DNA of 64,000 nucleotides from Chthonomonas calidirosea (GTDB lineage Bacteria; Armatimonadota; Fimbriimonadia; Fimbriimonadales; Fimbriimonadaceae): NCBI GenBank assembly GCA_945859975.1, contig CAMAPH010000008.1, positions 16,121 to 80,120 of the forward strand, read 5' to 3'. Shown piece by piece: positions 62,812 to 64,000 of this stretch (position 1 is its first letter; each line of letters starts with the position of its first letter). The notes under the pieces were generated by a model. It saw only the letters and a program-made list of their open reading frames with translations, ran no database searches and was not told where the DNA came from. The position numbers and the translations under genes were made by a program.

Positions 62812-63150
62812 ATGAGATTTGCAGGTTTGACGCTTTTGGTCTTGGTAGCCGTTGCGGGTTGTAATCCTACGGATTCTAAGGAATTGGCGGCGGATGCTAA
62901 GAAGCTGGGGCAGACGGCGGGGCGGGCGGCCAATAATGCCCAGTTGGCCGGTCGGGTTCGGCTTTCGTTGTCTCAGACCAAGGATGTAGATATTTCTCGG
63001 GTCGAGATTTTTGCCGAATCTGGAGTCGTGACTTTGAAGGGTGAAGTCAAGACGCCTTCGGAGCGGCCTTTGATGGTTCGGCTGGTTCGGGAGATTAAGG
63101 GGGTGAACCAGGTGATCAATAAACTCGTGGTTTCTCCGAGCAAGAAATAG
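62812..63150 (+). CDS. BON-domain lipoprotein
   Basis: Lipobox VAGC; GVVTLKGEV, GV..V.N.L. Confidence 0.88.
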   Translation: MRFAGLTLLVLVAVAGCNPTDSKELAADAKKLGQTAGRAANNAQLAGRVRLSLSQTKDVDISRVEIFAESGVVTLKGEVKTPSERPLMVRLVREIKGVNQVINKLVVSPSKK

Positions 63151-63152
63151 AA

Positions 63153-63189
63153 AGGTCCCGGCTGGAGATTCCAGCCGAGACCTGTTTTA
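63153..63189. terminator. Probable bidirectional terminator between convergent genes
   Basis: AGGTC.CGGCTGGA-GAT-TCCAGCCG.GACCT followed by T-run. Confidence 0.7.
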
Positions 63190-63206
63190 GGACTTCCCTA
63201 CTTTTC

Positions 63207-63803
63207 TTACTTCTGCTTTCGCTTTCGGAGGAAGCCGAGGGCGCCGAGGCCGAGGATGGCCATGGAGGCTGGCTCTGGCACTGGAGCAGCGGTCTTGAGC
63301 TGGACGTTGTCCACGACTCCGCCGAGGGAGTCGCTCTTACCGGTTCCGAGGAAGGACAGCTTGTCCATTCCGCCAGTTCCCTGCAGGGTGAAGCTGAACG
63401 ACTTCATGCTGGTCATGGTTGGCGAGATGCTGGCGACGATGACATTGTTCCAAAGAACGTCGAAGGTGCCGGAGTTTGGCGCGACGTGATTTCGGAGAGC
63501 GGCATCGAAGGTGAGGGTGTAGAGGCCAGCGGTCGTGTTGACGTTCTGGCTGATCTTCGCGTTTCCGGCGGAGTCAAGTTCGAGGACCTGATGTCCGGTT
63601 TGGCCAGTTACGCCGTAAACCGAAGCGGCTCCGACTTCCATGGTGCCCTGCTCGGCGAACCAGCCACCAACTTTATCGTTCGGGTAGGCGCCCCAGCCGC
63701 CTTTGGTGTCTGGCGATTCGAAGCTGCCATTGATGAGCAGGTCGGCGGAAGCGATTCCGCTTACGAGGGCGATTGAAGCAACGGCGGCAAATTTGAGGTT
63801 CAT
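63207..63803 (-). CDS. PEP-CTERM sorting-domain protein (DUF642/galactose-binding-like)
   Basis: Signal ASA, LLINGSFE, ELD, DNV, VPEPASMAILGLGALGFLRKRK. Confidence 0.92.
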   Translation of the reverse strand: MNLKFAAVASIALVSGIASADLLINGSFESPDTKGGWGAYPNDKVGGWFAEQGTMEVGAASVYGVTGQTGHQVLELDSAGNAKISQNVNTTAGLYTLTFDAALRNHVAPNSGTFDVLWNNVIVASISPTMTSMKSFSFTLQGTGGMDKLSFLGTGKSDSLGGVVDNVQLKTAAPVPEPASMAILGLGALGFLRKRKQK

Positions 63804-63967
63804 GTTTTGTCTCCGCCGAAGTTGGTCCTCGGCCTTACTTCTGAATGATGCCGGATGTGGGTGGCAGGTGTGGGTCACGGTTTTGCGGTGCCGGGTTGGG
63901 GGGACGCCTTGCGTGGCTTTGTGTGGCCTTGCGTTGCCTTGCATGGCCTGGGAAAGCTTTCGGAGCG

Positions 63968-64000
63968 GAATTAATTAATGGTTCCCCCCCAGGGGGATTA
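63968..64000 (-). repeat. Conserved element, copy 2 (inverted, possibly cut by the window end)
   Basis: Reverse complement TAATCCCCCTGGGGGGGAACCATTAATTAATTC matches 42288-42319. Confidence 0.75.

Noticed and set aside
63804..63944. N-terminal extension of the PEP-CTERM ORF
   Set aside because: The signal peptide and a GGAG SD place the start at 63803
42288..64000. Composite transposon bounded by the inverted element copies
   Set aside because: No transposase, and the interior holds ordinary chromosomal genes (murQ, GT9, dps)

Overview
64-kb bacterial chromosomal segment. Gene repertoire (PafA-like ligase, N-methylation/H-X9-DG-type prepilins, PEP-CTERM protein, LPS GT9 enzymes) suggests Armatimonadota, which is inference only. 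It is mostly housekeeping genes (pyrC, accDA, aspS, nadC, birA, tRNA-Gly, dnaG-sigma70, trxA, murJ, queG, rsmA, ligA, rho, hpt, guaA, mnmA, miaB, ppa, murQ, dps). The most unusual items: (1) a LacI-GH13 amylase-prepilin-lipoprotein-prepilin operon with a twin operator and no conventional transporter; (2) a repeat-rich ORFan island at 38.9-42.4 kb with REP-like elements, helically phased CCGAAC motifs and an RHS-like remnant; (3) a 32-33 bp element found twice in opposite orientation (42288, 63968), each copy lying in a zone of strong, oppositely directed strand skew; (4) a glucuronokinase-like kinase plus nucleotidyltransferase operon; (5) an orphan, divergent PafA; (6) an orphan Hcp coupled to a Tat-Kelch protein; (7) a probable ATA start for mnmA and widespread leaderless gene architecture. 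All calls come from motif recognition by eye; no searches were run.
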